Source of the DNA: Octopus vulgaris
Taxonomy: Eukaryota
Length of the DNA: 64,000 nt
Assembly (NCBI GenBank): GCA_951406725.2
Contig: OX597814.1
Location: forward strand, 16,988,001 to 17,052,000
Reading direction: 5' to 3'
Under the pieces are notes generated by a model. It saw nothing but the letters and a program-made list of their open reading frames with translations, ran no database searches and was not told the DNA's origin. This document shows positions 41,339-54,870 of the stretch, piece after piece; position 1 is the stretch's first letter, and every line of letters begins with the position of its first letter. Position numbers and translations under genes: made by a program.

Positions 41339-41619
41339 AGAGAGAGTGAGAGACTGGAGAAACTAATGGGAACAGCTTACTGAATGAAAATTCTATTATT
41401 TAATACAAAGTTGGACCACCTTTTGCACCAATCGCGGGCATTGAGTGAATTTATGAAATAATATCCACATCATTTGTAAAAATGACAAAAGTAGTAGAAT
41501 GGTAATCATGGACAAAAGCAAAAGAATTGCAAAAAATTAACAATGTGCTCAATGCTTATATTTATTAGCCCCTTGTGCCGAAACGCTGGAATAGGGAACA
41601 TAACTGTTGATTAAGTATT

Positions 41620-41722
41620 TCTTTGCTCGTCCTGCGGTTTTCCGCTCGTACTTCAAGACGAGACTCGGCTCGTACAACAAATTACTCGTAAAATGATGCA
41701 CTCGTACTGCGAGGTTCTACTG
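41620..41722. mobile_element. Single end of a pogo/Tigger-type DNA element
   Basis: Ends in cgaggttctactg|ta (reverse complement CAGTAGAACCTCG) with repeated ctcgta motifs. The partner TIR was not seen. Confidence 0.45.
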
Positions 41723-42104
41723 TACAGTTGTTTTCCCGTGTTTGTTATATATACTCCTTTAGTCTTTCACTACTTTGAGCAACTCGGCTTCGGCCATGCT
41801 GTGACACTCTCAAATATCAACATGATGTTTTTTCCTTTGTCTATTGATAAAAAACGCGAGTAATACCGCACATATTCACATTCTCATTCTGTATAAAAAG
41901 AATTTCGTTTGTTTACATTCAGGAACTTTTGGGTTAATATTTTCTCAATACCTCTTCTAATTATATTAACACAATAGGAAATTTGGCGTACATCGGATGC
42001 CGCCGATTTTTTTCATTCACAGTGAGTTTATTTATTATAGGAATAAAAAAATACCTACGATATTACTATATATATACATACATACATACACACACACACA
42101 CATG

Positions 42105-42174
<70 letters not shown>

Positions 42175-44097
42175 TATGTTGTTTTAATCAAACTGTTTTT
42201 GTCATCTGCGTACTTATTTCACTGAAGATAGAAACATCCTAAGTTTCACTGCTTAGGCGAGCATTTATATTCTTCTTTATAATTAAATCAACATTTTGTA
42301 AAATTAAAATTAGTACAAACTTCTTACGAATTGCTTTTGCGAATATCATTTAATATATATCTTGTGATATTCATACATAAAATATACTTTTTGTTCTACA
42401 ACATGTAATAAATTTACATTCTCGTGTGTTTTTTTAAAAAAAGAATATAACTTGCATTGTCATAATTAGATATGAAAATACATCAACACTGAATCTCTTA
42501 TATTAACACTTTTAGAAACACTGATAGAAGGACACAGGTGCAATAGTGTGTCCTACTATGCTCAATGATTGGACTGAAGTGGTGTTTAAACATTATAAAC
42601 ACGTATCGGAAACATATTACTCCCGTTAGATATTTATGCTATGTTTGTATCATGTGATCAGTTACCCATTCATAATCCATCCTTATTTTAGATCGAAGAT
42701 TATAGAACCATATCGTTAGGTTTATTAATCATTTTAATGGAGTAATATCTAGGTAGAAACTTTATATTCCATTGAAATAGACTGTAGCAAAATTTTCTTT
42801 ACTTTTTCTTCTTTTAATGTTCTGTTAAGAATTTCCCTTCACAACTACTTGGTTTTGAATTCAATCAAACTACGTGTCGACCAAATTATAGTGATTGAAA
42901 TTTCAAAGACAAAAATTGTGTTCAAGTCCATCAGAAAGGTAAATACTCTTCTCATTTGAGAGACATAGCTAATTTTGTGATTTAACTCCAACATCTGGTG
43001 TATGTGTATCTTTACGGAAGTCCAAATTGTTGAAAACATTAGAAGCAGGTCTTCGGTTTATGTATAACTTCTTCCCTTCCTAGCAACAACCGGGGTTGGG
43101 TGGGGGCGATTGATAATGATTCTAAATCGTAGTTCCTTTCCTCAACGGTTAAAAGTATTAAGAGAAAAAAAAGCAAGGAATTCAATTTCGCTCTGCTAGT
43201 TGAAGAAATACTCACCAATTCAGCTATACTACTACTAATTCCACTGATGAATTTTACTAAACATCAACATTATTATTTCACTAAGGACAGAGATTTTACT
43301 GATAAAATGCTCTGTTGACTACAGAACAACCTACCCTCTCACAAAGTACAAACCACCTGTACAAATTCTATTTGTTTCCTGCTTTCCTATTAACTTGTAA
43401 TAAAGTTAGTTGTATAAACGCACATTCTTGAAAGTGCACCAACCATATTATTTAAAATAGTCCTATTACAAACTTAAACATTCTAGGACTTGATGTTTAC
43501 ACCTCTAAGGCAGAACATAAATCCTGAAGAACTCCCAAGGATCTTTAAATTCAGTTAGACTAATTGCACCTCAGGATATATAATTCCAAGGGTAATTTTT
43601 GGAATAAAGATATTTTAAAAACATATATAATCATTGAAAAGAGAAAGAGCAAAAAAATATATATTAAGCCATTGTAAGTACGATTTCGTATACAATTTTT
43701 TATTTGTAGATCATATTGCTTTATGTTTGTTGCCAACGTTATCTCAGTTTTTTACTTCTTTTATATAGTATATATGACAATCGATGATGGCAGATGTACA
43801 AGAAAATGATATTAAAATATATCACCTATCCTTATCATTATGGCAGAGTTCAAAGAGGACGATGGATAGCAGCTACAGCTGAACATTTGAGGAATAACCG
43901 GTAGTACACCATTACGTGCATAGCTTTTGTGTTCCCCAGTTCAAACCCGATGAGTTTCAATTTTCCTTGAATGTTACTGGTATCAATATATAATTCTCAC
44001 TCAAGTTGTATGGTCGGCTTAAAACATCATAGGACAAATCTGAATCTTACATCATTTTCATTATTTTAGATACGATTAAAATTATTCTTAGTATTGG

Positions 44098-44158
44098 TAT
44101 GATGATGATGATGAAGACGATGACGACGACCGACGACAACTGTGATGATGACGACGAC

Positions 44159-44219
<61 letters not shown>

Positions 44220-44295
44220 GTGGTAGTGGTGGTGGTGATGGTGGTGGTGGTGGTAGTGGTGGTGGTGGTGGTGGTGATGATGATGATGATGATGA
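44098..44295. repeat. Compound (GAT)n/(GAC)n/(GGT)n microsatellite
   Basis: Read directly. Confidence 0.95.
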
Positions 44296-44446
44296 TCCAC
44301 AGAAAATAGCTCTGCTAGGCACCGCACACGTAAAACATTTTCAATACAATTAATGTTACGACACCAACACTAACCACAGCACATACCCAAGGAACACAGA
44401 CCTGCGCTTTGTAGTGCAGAATAAGCACATGTTAATAATAATAATA

Positions 44447-44537
<91 letters not shown>
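44296..44537 (+). mobile_element. R4/Dong-like LINE extreme 3' end plus (TAA)n tail/target
   Basis: Encodes QKIALLGTAH, typical of the R4-clade ORF end, then about 100 bp of UTR and a long (TAA)n at 44433-44537. Confidence 0.65.
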
Positions 44538-44539
44538 GT

Positions 44540-45180
44540 ACGGGAGTTCATCAACAGTGAAAGAAGTAACATGGCAGAATATTTGGTAAAGAGGTAACAG
44601 GACTTGCTACAGTGTGCTGCTAATGCAGAAGGATTTACCAAAAGTGGACTTGAGAGTGCTCACGAATTCCGATAACGAACAACCAACGAGAGAGAAGGAG
44701 CCCTACCCGCATGGAATTCCACCGGGAAGCTAACAGCTTAAAAGACCAGGAAGCGTCATGAAGGTGGCTCAGCAAGGGTGGCCTAAAAAATAAGACAGAA
44801 TGCTTAATCATTGCAGCCAAGTATCAAGCATTGAATACCAACTCAGTGAAAAGGGATATATACCACACAAGTGCAGCGAACCTCTGCAGGGTCGATAGCG
44901 TGACTCACATTGTTAGTGCTTGTGAAAGTCTTGCAGTGAATTAGTACAAGCACAGACACGACAAGATAGCCCCAAACCATCACTAGCTATAATGTAGGAA
45001 GTATAGATACGAGGTAACGGGTGCTTGGTACCAACATTCATCGGAAAAGGTAATGAGCGAAAAGGGGAGGACAAAAATTCTTTGGGATTTTCACTTCCGG
45101 TCAAAGGTTTAAGAGCACCGAATGATGGATATAGTAACCTTTAGGAGGGACAAACAAGAGTGCCTAATAATCGATGTGGC
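44540..45180 (+). pseudogene. R4/Dong-like LINE fragment (zinc knuckle to RLE region)
   Basis: Peptides WLSKGGLKNKTECLIIAA.YQALNTN, THIVSACESLA, YKHRHDKIA, KILWDF, CLIIDVA. Truncated after IIDVA. Confidence 0.75.
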
Positions 45181-45189
45181 AAGAGACAA

Positions 45190-48007
45190 ATGAAGGCAAT
45201 ATTGTACTGAAACATATTGAAACGAAGAACATCACACAAACAAATGATCTTATCAAGGCTGGTAGTAGGATTGTGGCGGAAAGGATGGGATTGAGAACTA
45301 CTGCGAATAGAACAGAGACGGAAATAGAACAGAGGAAATAAACAATCATGGTGGAGAATTTATAAAGATATAAACTCCTTGAAGAGTGTAGAGTCAATAC
45401 TTGTCAGGAAACGAAATGGAGAACTTAAGAATGAATGGAAATATGAAAAAGTTAGGAAGAAGTATGGTGTAGATACAAAAGACCTGAATGCTGTAATTGA
45501 AGAACTGAAGCAGAGCATACACGCAAGAAACGCAAAGCTAACTTGGTTTGAACAACGGATTAAGTAATACCAGCAAAATAAATTGTTTAGAACCGACCAA
45601 AACATATTTTACCAAGAGATTATTGACAATAAAAATCGTGAAAGATTAGTCCCTGATGCTGATGAAGGTCGACTTTTGGGGGTAATACATGGAGTACGCA
45701 AGAACAACCTACTACAGCTGAATGGCTCTGCAGACTGAAGTAAAACAGGTTCTTATCCCCAGCAAGACGCTATCCACTTCACAGAAGACGGTATCAGAAA
45801 TATGAGTAAAAAGATAAGCAATTGGAAAGCAGCAGGACCTGATGGTGTATAGGGATGTGGGTTTTAAAATGTTGAGTAGTTGCCAAAAATTGATCGCAGA
45901 ACAATTTAATGCATTCATCAATGGAGATGAAATCCCGGGCTGATTGGTAAAAGAACGAAGGGTGTTGTGCCTGAAGGATGTATCCAAGGGAAATGTTGCT
46001 GACAATTACAGACCAATTTCCTACATCCCTTGAATGTGGAAGTTACTGTCAGGAGGAATTGCAGAAGGACTGTATATATTTCTTGGTGAGAACGATATAT
46101 TACCGCCGGAACAAAAAGGCTGTAGAATGAGTTGTAGAAGTACCAAAGATCAACTATTGATAGACAAAATGGTAATGCAAGATTATAAACGAAGAAGAAC
46201 AAATCTGGGAATGGCCTGGATTGTCTATTGTAAAGTTTATGATTTGATTCCAAATTCGTGGATCATCGAGTGCTTAGATCTGTTTGGAATTGCGAGGAAT
46301 GTAGCATGTTTCCTGAAGAGAAGTATGGTGGGATGGAAAAATGAACTGACACCTTACGGAAAATGCTTGGACATCCTGGGTATCAGAAGAGAGATTTTCC
46401 AGGGTGACAGCCTATATCTGTTGCTTTTCGTTCTCTGCATGATACCCCTGAGCTTGGTACTCAGGTAAATGAACCTGGGGTACCTGCTAAAGGAAAAATC
46501 CCAAACAATCAACGACCTCCTTTTCATGGATGACTTGAAATTGTATGGCAAATATGAGTCACAAGTGTGTTCTTTGGTGAATACGGTCCATTGTTTTAGT
46601 ACTGATATTAGAATGGAAGTTCGACTCAAGAAGTGCGGAGTAATCTACCTAAAAAGAGGCAAGATACAGTCCCTAGCTGGGATAGAATTACTGAATAGAG
46701 ACATGATTATGCAAATTGAAACAGAAGGGTACAAATACCTCGGCGTACTAAAGTCCAAGGAGATAATGGAAAAAGGAAATGAAAGAGCGACTGAAGATGG
46801 AGTATTTCCGGAGACTGGGGTTGATGCTGCACTCAAAATTGACTGGATGGAATAAAATCCAAGCAGTTAATACGTGGGCGATAGCATCACTTCGGTATGG
46901 AGCAGGAATTATAAAATAGCAAAAGAGAAAAAGGAAAATGGATACCACAACAGCACACGGAGCCTTCCACCATAAGGGTGACACCGAGAGGTTGTACTTG
47001 TCCAGAAGAAAGGGTGAGAGAGGTTTGGTCAGTTGCCAGGATTGTGCCGAAGCAAAGGAAAACAACCTAGTGTGGTATATAAAAAATGCCGTATAGCCAC
47101 TTTTGAAAACACGAAGAAGGCCGGCGTCATCAAAACTGAAACTTGTGTAACTAAAGAAAATTTAAAAGGAAATGAACAAAAAAATGCATGGAAGGTAAAA
47201 ACAATGTACAGTCAGTTTGCAAGAGATGTCAACGCCAAGACAGATACAAAAGACCGGTGGCTACGGATAGGAAGGACTACCCTGAAGATAGAGACAGAAG
47301 CACTCAAATGCGTAGCTCAGGATCAAGAGTTAAAGACCAATTATATGAAGTGCATAATTGACAAAACTACTGATAGCGACAAATGCAGAATGTGTGGTGA
47401 GAGAGCTGAAACTGTATGGCACATCATTAGCGAATACTCGCAATTGTCCCACCGCGAATATAAACGACGCCATGACAATGTGGTAAGAACGATCCATTGG
47501 GAGTTCTGTTGAAATCGCAGTTTACAAAGAGCAAAGACGTGGTATGAACAAGCCCCAGAAGGAGTCACCGAAAATGAGAACTGTACTGTAATACCCTAGG
47601 GGATGTAATGATCCAGTGCGATCACCTGACTAGAAATAGGAAAGTGGACATTGTTGTATTAAATAAAAACGAAAGAACATGTACGATTATTGACATAGCA
47701 TGACCCCGTGACAACAGGATCAATGTGAAAGAAGAAAAAAATAAACATTATGACCATTTAAAGTGGGATATACGAAGGTTGTGGTCAAGGAAGTGAGTAG
47801 ACGTGATACCAGCATGGATGAAAAAGATCGGTGTAATTATGAAGTTAGAACACTTACAAAAATAACCATTTCTTGGAATTGCAGGAAATTTTCGTAGGAT
47901 TCTTGAAGCATTGCCAGTAAATAGTCTGCTGGCTATGGACAGCTGACGCTTTCCCTCATACTCAGCTAAATAAGCTGGGAGTTTTCATGAATTATTAATA
48001 ATAATAA
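45190..48007 (+). pseudogene. R4/Dong-clade non-LTR retrotransposon (RT, CCHC, restriction-like endonuclease), decayed
   Basis: NWKAAGPDG, NYRPI, EQKGCR, DQLLIDK, IFQGDSL, LLFMDDLKLYG, GYKYLGV, CRMCGERAETVWHIIS, EYKRRHDNV, IIDIA. Multiple stops and frameshifts. Ends in (TAA)n. Confidence 0.9.
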
Positions 48008-49415
48008 ACTAGAAGAACAATAGTACTCATCTGCTTTACCATTCTAAACTAGATGCAAACAAGCTTTAAAGTGAAGAGGACTTATTTAATTCCTATAACA
48101 TATAACAGCGTGTACTACAATAAGGATGTGCACAGCGACGAATACAAATCGAAAGAAAGCCTTCTCTATCAGAAAACGAGACCATCTATTTAACAATAAT
48201 GACAAAACTATAAAGAAAATGACTCAGTAGAATAATAAAAAATCTATCGGCGAAGACATCATAAATTTTCACGTGTATCGGAAATAATTTCTTTTGATCA
48301 GAGTTTGCTTTCTATTTACATTATTTCTCTTTTAAAGTTTCTTGCTGTTTCGTTCTTCAATAATCAGCTTTTATTTATTTATTTATTCATTTTATTTTGT
48401 TTTATTTTATTTTATTTTATTTTTATTTATTTATTTTTTATTTTATTTATTTTTTTATTTTATTTTTACTTTTCAATCGGTGTAGAATTTCGAAGACAAA
48501 TAAAGACACCTGATAATGAGCTGCTGAAGCATACGACTATAATTTCTTTTAATTTATTGTTTGCAACACACATTGTAATTTGTTAAAGAAATCCAAATGA
48601 CTGACATTAGCAAATATGGCAAATTATTGTCTGAAATTTCACCGTTTCAATCATGATCAATTTAATTAAGATATCTTTATTTCACTCGGATAATGATATT
48701 CTTCAATAATTTTTTTGTCTCCTTTATTCGTTTGTTTGTCTACGTCAGACGAAATTGTGTTTTTAAATGTTATTTTTAATTATATTTTATTTTCGATTTC
48801 ACGACGGTCTCGATTTTCAATAAACTAAATGATGAATTATATGCCAACTATAATTGTGCTCTATTTCTGTTAGCCATAATTAATTGTTGCATATCAATGA
48901 ATGAATTACCAGGTATCTTCAAAATTACTATAAATTTCATACAATGTAATATTTCCCGATTTGCGAAATTTTAACTTTTTCTTTTTCTTTAAATTCGGGG
49001 TGGGGGAAGATGGTGAGTAAGTGGGGCCGCTTTTTATTTGTTAAATAGTAGTTTTATGTTAATTCTCAAATAATCTATTTACTGTTTATTTTGTGGTTAA
49101 ATTGTTATAGCCCTGTTAGATCGATTTTTTTTTTCGTACTTTCGACGTTAGTTAATAATGCTGAAAATTGGCGTATATTTTTTGTTTATATTCTAATTCT
49201 GAATTCTGTGTTTCTGCTGTTGGGTGAAGTGAATAAATCCCAAACTCCTTCACACTATTTTTTGATATAATTGCTAAAAGCTTCTATGCAACAAGTAGTT
49301 CTTTACTCTTTAAGGCTAGGAAGAAGAAATAAAGGGAGACATGCGTCAAACAAAAAAAAAAAACATGATGGATAGACAAAAGAGATATAGCTATATATAT
49401 GTAAGTATTGTGCAT

Positions 49416-49465
<50 letters not shown>

Positions 49466-49591
49466 ACACACACCTACATATATATACATATACATACGTA
49501 CATTTATGCATGTATGTATACATGTGCGTGTGCGCGTATGTATGTATATACATACATACATATTAAAAATGTATATATATTTAGATATACA

Positions 49592-50001
49592 GGCGTAGGA
49601 GTGGCTGTGTGGTAAGTAGCTTGATTACCAACCACATGGTTCCGGGTTCAGTCACACTGGGTGGCACCTTGGGCAAGTGTCTTCTACTATACCCTCGGGC
49701 CGACCAAAGCCTTGTGAGTGGATATGGTAGACGGAAACTGAAAGAAGCCCGTCATATATATGTATATATACAAGTGTGTATATGTTTGTGTGTATGTGTT
49801 TGTTACCCCAACATCACTTGACAACCGATGCTGGTGTGTTTACGTTCCCGTTACTTAGCGGTTCGGCAAAAGAGACCGAAGGAATATGTACTAGGCTTAC
49901 AAAGAATATGTACTGGGATCGATTTGCTCGACTAAAGGCGTTGCTCCAGCATGGCCACAGTCAAATGACTGAAACAAGTAAAAGAGTAAAAAGTAAGAGT
50001 A
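49592..50001 (+). mobile_element. SINE, CORE-like family, full length
   Basis: Head ggcgtaggagtggctgtgtggtaag, B-box ggttcagtc, segment ggcaccttgggcaagtg, tail gtaaaagagtaaa. Confidence 0.88.
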
Positions 50002-51068
50002 TACATACATACATACACGCATAGAACTTAAGATAAAAGGTACATAATATGTGTCAAATGTTTTAGATAAAACAAAAAGGTTTTGTGCATTATACAATTA
50101 CAATTTTCTTTTTATGAGTTATTTTATTTCAGTTTTATTGACAATACTAATTAACTACAGAAATATGCCAATACAAAACTTACTCATATGAGAAGATCAA
50201 AAAGGAGAGAGAGCCACTGTGTTTCCAACTCTCTAAATTTTATTTGTTTATTACAAAAGCATAATCTTTGTGATCATTCAAACACATTAGGTATGTACTT
50301 CAAATAACCCGTCCACCGCAGCAGAATTGATAAAAGTACCTTGGTAATGTTTGTCTATGAGGGCCTCTATCCTACCCCACCCCATCCGTTCTCTGACTTG
50401 TCTACATTTTGTCCCTCACACTTCATCCCATAACATCCATCAGTTTTCTATCACCCGAGAGCAGAGTAGGCACATTCTATATCTCACTGTTTTATAGAGA
50501 GGGGGGGGGGAGACAAGCAGAAAGAAAGATATACATAGAAAGAGCAACAGAGAGACATGCAGAGAAAAATCACAACTGAAAGCAAACTAAAACCCAAAGG
50601 AATTACTTTCGATAATTAAATACGTTGCTGTTTATAACGTCAGAGAAAATATGTTCCAATTTACAATTGGCTTCGAATCTCAGAAAATTTGTCAGTTCAG
50701 AAAGGTTAATTGCTACAAGAATTTTGGTGAAGGTGAATTGAATTGAAAAGAAGTAAGGAGCTGAAATGTCCTACAGCAGTGGAATGATATTTTCTTCCAA
50801 TAACATAATCGGTTTCTATTTCGTGCCAGATGGGTCTCAACAAATGAATATAACGGTCTATTTAGTACTTAGTATTTATCACGTAAGAATAAATTCGCAT
50901 ATTTCTGAAACTGTTTGCTTATATTTACACAAAACGGTTTAAAACGATTAAGTCATCTTTAAAGAAAAAGCAGCTACATTCACTTATATCACACGGCAAT
51001 GCCTTTAAATAAGGGTATATATGCACACGCTACCCGATATATATATCAATACATATATATATATATCA

Positions 51069-51106
<38 letters not shown>

Positions 51107-51161
51107 CATTATTGGTGAATTGAAGAAATGGAGCTGAACGCAGATTGAACAGAAATCGTTT

Positions 51162-51254
51162 TATTTCATTCTACACGTGTTTCGAAAGGCACAAATTACC
51201 AAAATCCGATGGAATAATGGGACCATATTGTGTCTTTCTCTTCAGGAAGAAAAT
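51162..51254 (-). ncRNA. Type I hammerhead ribozyme, left-arm copy
   Basis: Reverse complement of 53935-54027. Confidence 0.82.
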
Positions 51255-51843
51255 AGGAAATCCGTTGGAAAAACAAAAACAGAACAGAGGCGGAGCAAAA
51301 ACAAATCGAACTATGCTCCTAAGAGCCCATGGCGAAACTGTTTATCAGTGTATGTTGAGAACTGGTGGCTGAAGAATTCAACGGGTCAGGCATCGGTCAA
51401 TCATGTGGGTGAGGGGGCGTAGATGTTCTTTGTGACCGAGAATAAAGTTCTGACTATTTAAGGAATATTGGATGTTTTATAAGGGGCGAGAAAAAATCTA
51501 CTTAGAGACGTGTGTGTGTGTATACTGTTCTATATACGTGTGTGTTGGCGTAGGGGTAGAAAACATTTTTTGTGTACGTGTGTGCGTTTGATCGTTCGGC
51601 TGTCAGTGGCTACTGCCGTGATGACCGTTGGGTGGCAGAAAAAAAAATATATATATCATGTTTTATGTGTGTGTGTGTTCTCATCTAAACCTGCCTTGTC
51701 AAGGAAACCCCCCGCTGTGAAAAAACCAAGCCCCGTTTGTCTTACAGGAGTAATTCCCCTTGCAGTGGTTAATCGTAGATATCTTAAAGGCTATTTCAGA
51801 ATTTGTTACCAAGGGTTATGGGTGCCGGTATTATTTATAAACG

Positions 51844-53007
51844 CTATTTAAAAGCCAGATAAGTGTAACGCCGCCAATGGGGGCATCGAAAAGCCGACTG
51901 TAAAAGCCCGTTTACCATCCGGCCTCTGGCAAACAAAATATGGAAGAGTTCGGAGACACAAAGGTTGCACTGCCTTCTGCCCCTATCAAATGGGAGGGCC
52001 ACCGACAAAATTGACCATTCCAGCCTGTAGCTTAAGTTCGTATCCTTCAGTCGCCATATTAGCTTACTGAGTCCCGTGGTCTGGCGCTTGTTCATGTCCC
52101 GAAAAGTTGCGTAATGGTTGGAGACACGCAAAGACAATCTTGAGGATGAGGCCCCTACATAAGTGAAGACATCTGAGTCCGTGTAAACCTTGCATTGGTA
52201 GACGGCGTTTTTGATCTTGGAGTTCGCCGACGTGAATCTAATTCTGCTAGGATTAGTTTCTGAAATTAGAACTGCGTTCCTGTCACTATATTCGTTCCGA
52301 GACCTGCAGCCGCTTACTACTCTATTTTCCACTACGTCACTATTAACTATAGGAATAACCCCTGATTCTCCACTATCTATCAAAGTGCTGTCATTGCTAC
52401 TGCCCGTGGTGCTGCTATTGCGGGAAATGATGCTGGGGTTGCTATTGGGGCTCTCTACCCTACTCCCATTGTTACCGTCAACCACAACACCCCTATTTAT
52501 AACTATACCCCTAGTGGGTACTCCCTGGCTGGAGCTGAGATTATGTGTCACTGTACTGGCTCTCATATCATTATTACTACTATAATTATTCCTACTGAGC
52601 ATTAAACCGGGAGCGGAAGAGGCTGTGCCTCCGGAAAAAGGTGATAGGGTCTTAGTAAGTAGCCTATTATTATGGGAGGCGATTATCTGGGCGAGGTTTT
52701 TAGTGTTGGAGAAAGCTATCCTAACTTTATGCGAGTTAACCGTGGAGTAATATTTGGAATTTCTGGGGAAGTTATTGGCGATGGCTTGTCTAAACATGAG
52801 GGGGAGGTTAGTTCTAATCTGCTTACCAAAGGGGATTACAAACCATATATGCTTATTCCTATCAGTGTGATGGATCGGGACGCCAGCTCTCGCATTCGGG
52901 TGGGTGATTCTCGGATGAATGACGGGTCTTGGGTTAGTGTAAGACCTCCCGGACCGATAATTATCCTTGTTCGCTAAATTAAATGCGGGAGCGACTACCC
53001 CGGCATC
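51844..53007 (-). CDS. C-terminal part of a Penelope-like ORF: post-RT region plus GIY-YIG endonuclease (5'-truncated, no RT core)
   Basis: Uninterrupted frame with IWFVIPF.K.I.TN, VRIAFS..KNL..II.SHN, AVYQCKV...TYVGAS (GIY-YIG), R.R..NH, TGLSKLIW.LK, CNLCVSE, CPH. The ATG of the listed 394-aa ORF lies in the inverted arm and is an artefact. Confidence 0.85.
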   Translation of the reverse strand, partial: DAGVVAPAFNLANKDNYRSGRSYTNPRPVIHPRITHPNARAGVPIHHTDRNKHIWFVIPFGKQIRTNLPLMFRQAIANNFPRNSKYYSTVNSHKVRIAFSNTKNLAQIIASHNNRLLTKTLSPFSGGTASSAPGLMLSRNNYSSNNDMRASTVTHNLSSSQGVPTRGIVINRGVVVDGNNGSRVESPNSNPSIISRNSSTTGSSNDSTLIDSGESGVIPIVNSDVVENRVVSGCRSRNEYSDRNAVLISETNPSRIRFTSANSKIKNAVYQCKVYTDSDVFTYVGASSSRLSLRVSNHYATFRDMNKRQTTGLSKLIWRLKDTNLSYRLEWSILSVALPFDRGRRQCNLCVSELFHILFARGRMVNGLLQSAFRCPHWRRYTYLAFK

Positions 53008-53934
53008 CACGGACTCAGATGTCTTCACTTATGTAGGGGCCTCATCCTCAAGATTGTCTTTGCGTGTCTCCAACCATTACGCAACTTTTCGGGACATGAA
53101 CAAGCGCCAGACCACGGGACTCAGTAAGCTAATATGGCGACTGAAGGATACGAACTTAAGCTACAGGCTGGAATGGTCAATTTTGTCGGTGGCCCTCCCA
53201 TTTGATAGGGGCAGAAGGCAGTGCAACCTTTGTGTCTCCGAACTCTTCCATATTTTGTTTGCCAGAGGCCGGATGGTAAACGGGCTTTTACAGTCGGCTT
53301 TTCGATGCCCCCATTGGCGGCGTTACACTTATCTGGCTTTTAAATAGCGTTTATAAATAATACCGGCACCCATAACCCTTGGTAACAAATTCTGAAATAG
53401 CCTTTAAGATATCTACGATTAACCACTGCAAGGGGAATTACTCCTGTAAGACAAACGGGGCTTGGTTTTTTCACAGCGGGGGGTTTCCTTGACAAGGCAG
53501 GTTTAGATGAGAACACACACACACATAAAACATGATGTATATTTTTTTTTCTGCCACCCAACGGTCATCACGGCAGTAGCCACTGACAGCCGAACGATCA
53601 AACGCACACACGTACACAAAAAATGTTTTCTACCCCTACGCCAACACACACGTATATAGAACAGTATACACACACACACGTCTCTAAGTAGATTTTTTCT
53701 CGCCCCTTATAAAACATCCAATATTCCTTAAATAGTCAGAACTTTATTCTCGGTCACAAAGAACATCTACGCCCCCTCACCCACATGATTGACCGATGCC
53801 TGACCCGTTGAATTCTTCAGCCACCGGTTCTCAACATACACTGATAAACAGTTTCGCCATGGGCTCTTAGGAGCATAGTTCGATTTGTTTTTGCTCCGCC
53901 TCTGTTCTGTTTTTGTTTTTCCAACGGATTTCCT

Positions 53935-54027
53935 ATTTTCTTCCTGAAGAGAAAGACACAATATGGTCCCATTATTCCATCGGATTTTGGTAATTTGTGC
54001 CTTTCGAAACACGTGTAGAATGAAATA
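53935..54027 (+). ncRNA. Type I hammerhead ribozyme, right-arm copy
   Basis: ttc-CTGAAGA-gaaagacacaa...ttgtgcctttc-GAAA-cacgtg-TA-gaa. Stem II has 10/11 pairs, stem III is the palindrome ACACGTGT, GUA triplet. Confidence 0.82.
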
Positions 54028-54259
54028 AAACGATTTCTGTTCAATCTGCGTTCAGCTCCATTTCTTCAATTCACCAATAATGTTCTAATTTCAATTATCC
54101 GCACCAACGCACGGTTGCAACACCATATGTACCTCCAACCGTGCTGTTTTACTGCTGTGATTTTTGCTACTAAGGTATCGGTTAAACTTTTGATTAATCT
54201 ACTACAAGATTATTCATCTTTCTATTTCACATAATATATATATATATATATATGTATAT

Positions 54260-54795
<536 letters not shown>

Positions 54796-54870
54796 TAATA
54801 ACAGCAGTATTTCCAGTTTTGAAATACATCTGACTATTTATATTCTTAGTTAAGCTGAAACTAAACATTA

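Larger units (their letters stand above)
51105..54232. mobile_element. Penelope-like element, 5'-truncated, with inverted pseudo-LTRs (arms 51105-52183 and 53008-54084), inserted in (TA)n
   Basis: About 1.08-kb near-perfect inverted repeat, GIY-YIG ORF, a hammerhead in each arm and (TA)n on both flanks. Confidence 0.9.

Noticed and set aside
44047-44641. Poly-His, poly-Asp, poly-Ser and poly-Ile ORFs
   Set aside because: Trinucleotide microsatellites. Only the QKIALLGTAH tip is meaningful, and it belongs to a LINE.
52211-52585. Leu-rich 124-aa plus-strand ORF
   Set aside because: Antisense shadow of the S/N-rich linker of the Penelope-like ORF.
52967-53347. Second GIY-YIG gene on the + strand
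   Set aside because: A chimeric frame created by the inversion. It lacks the first half of the motif and starts in antisense sequence.
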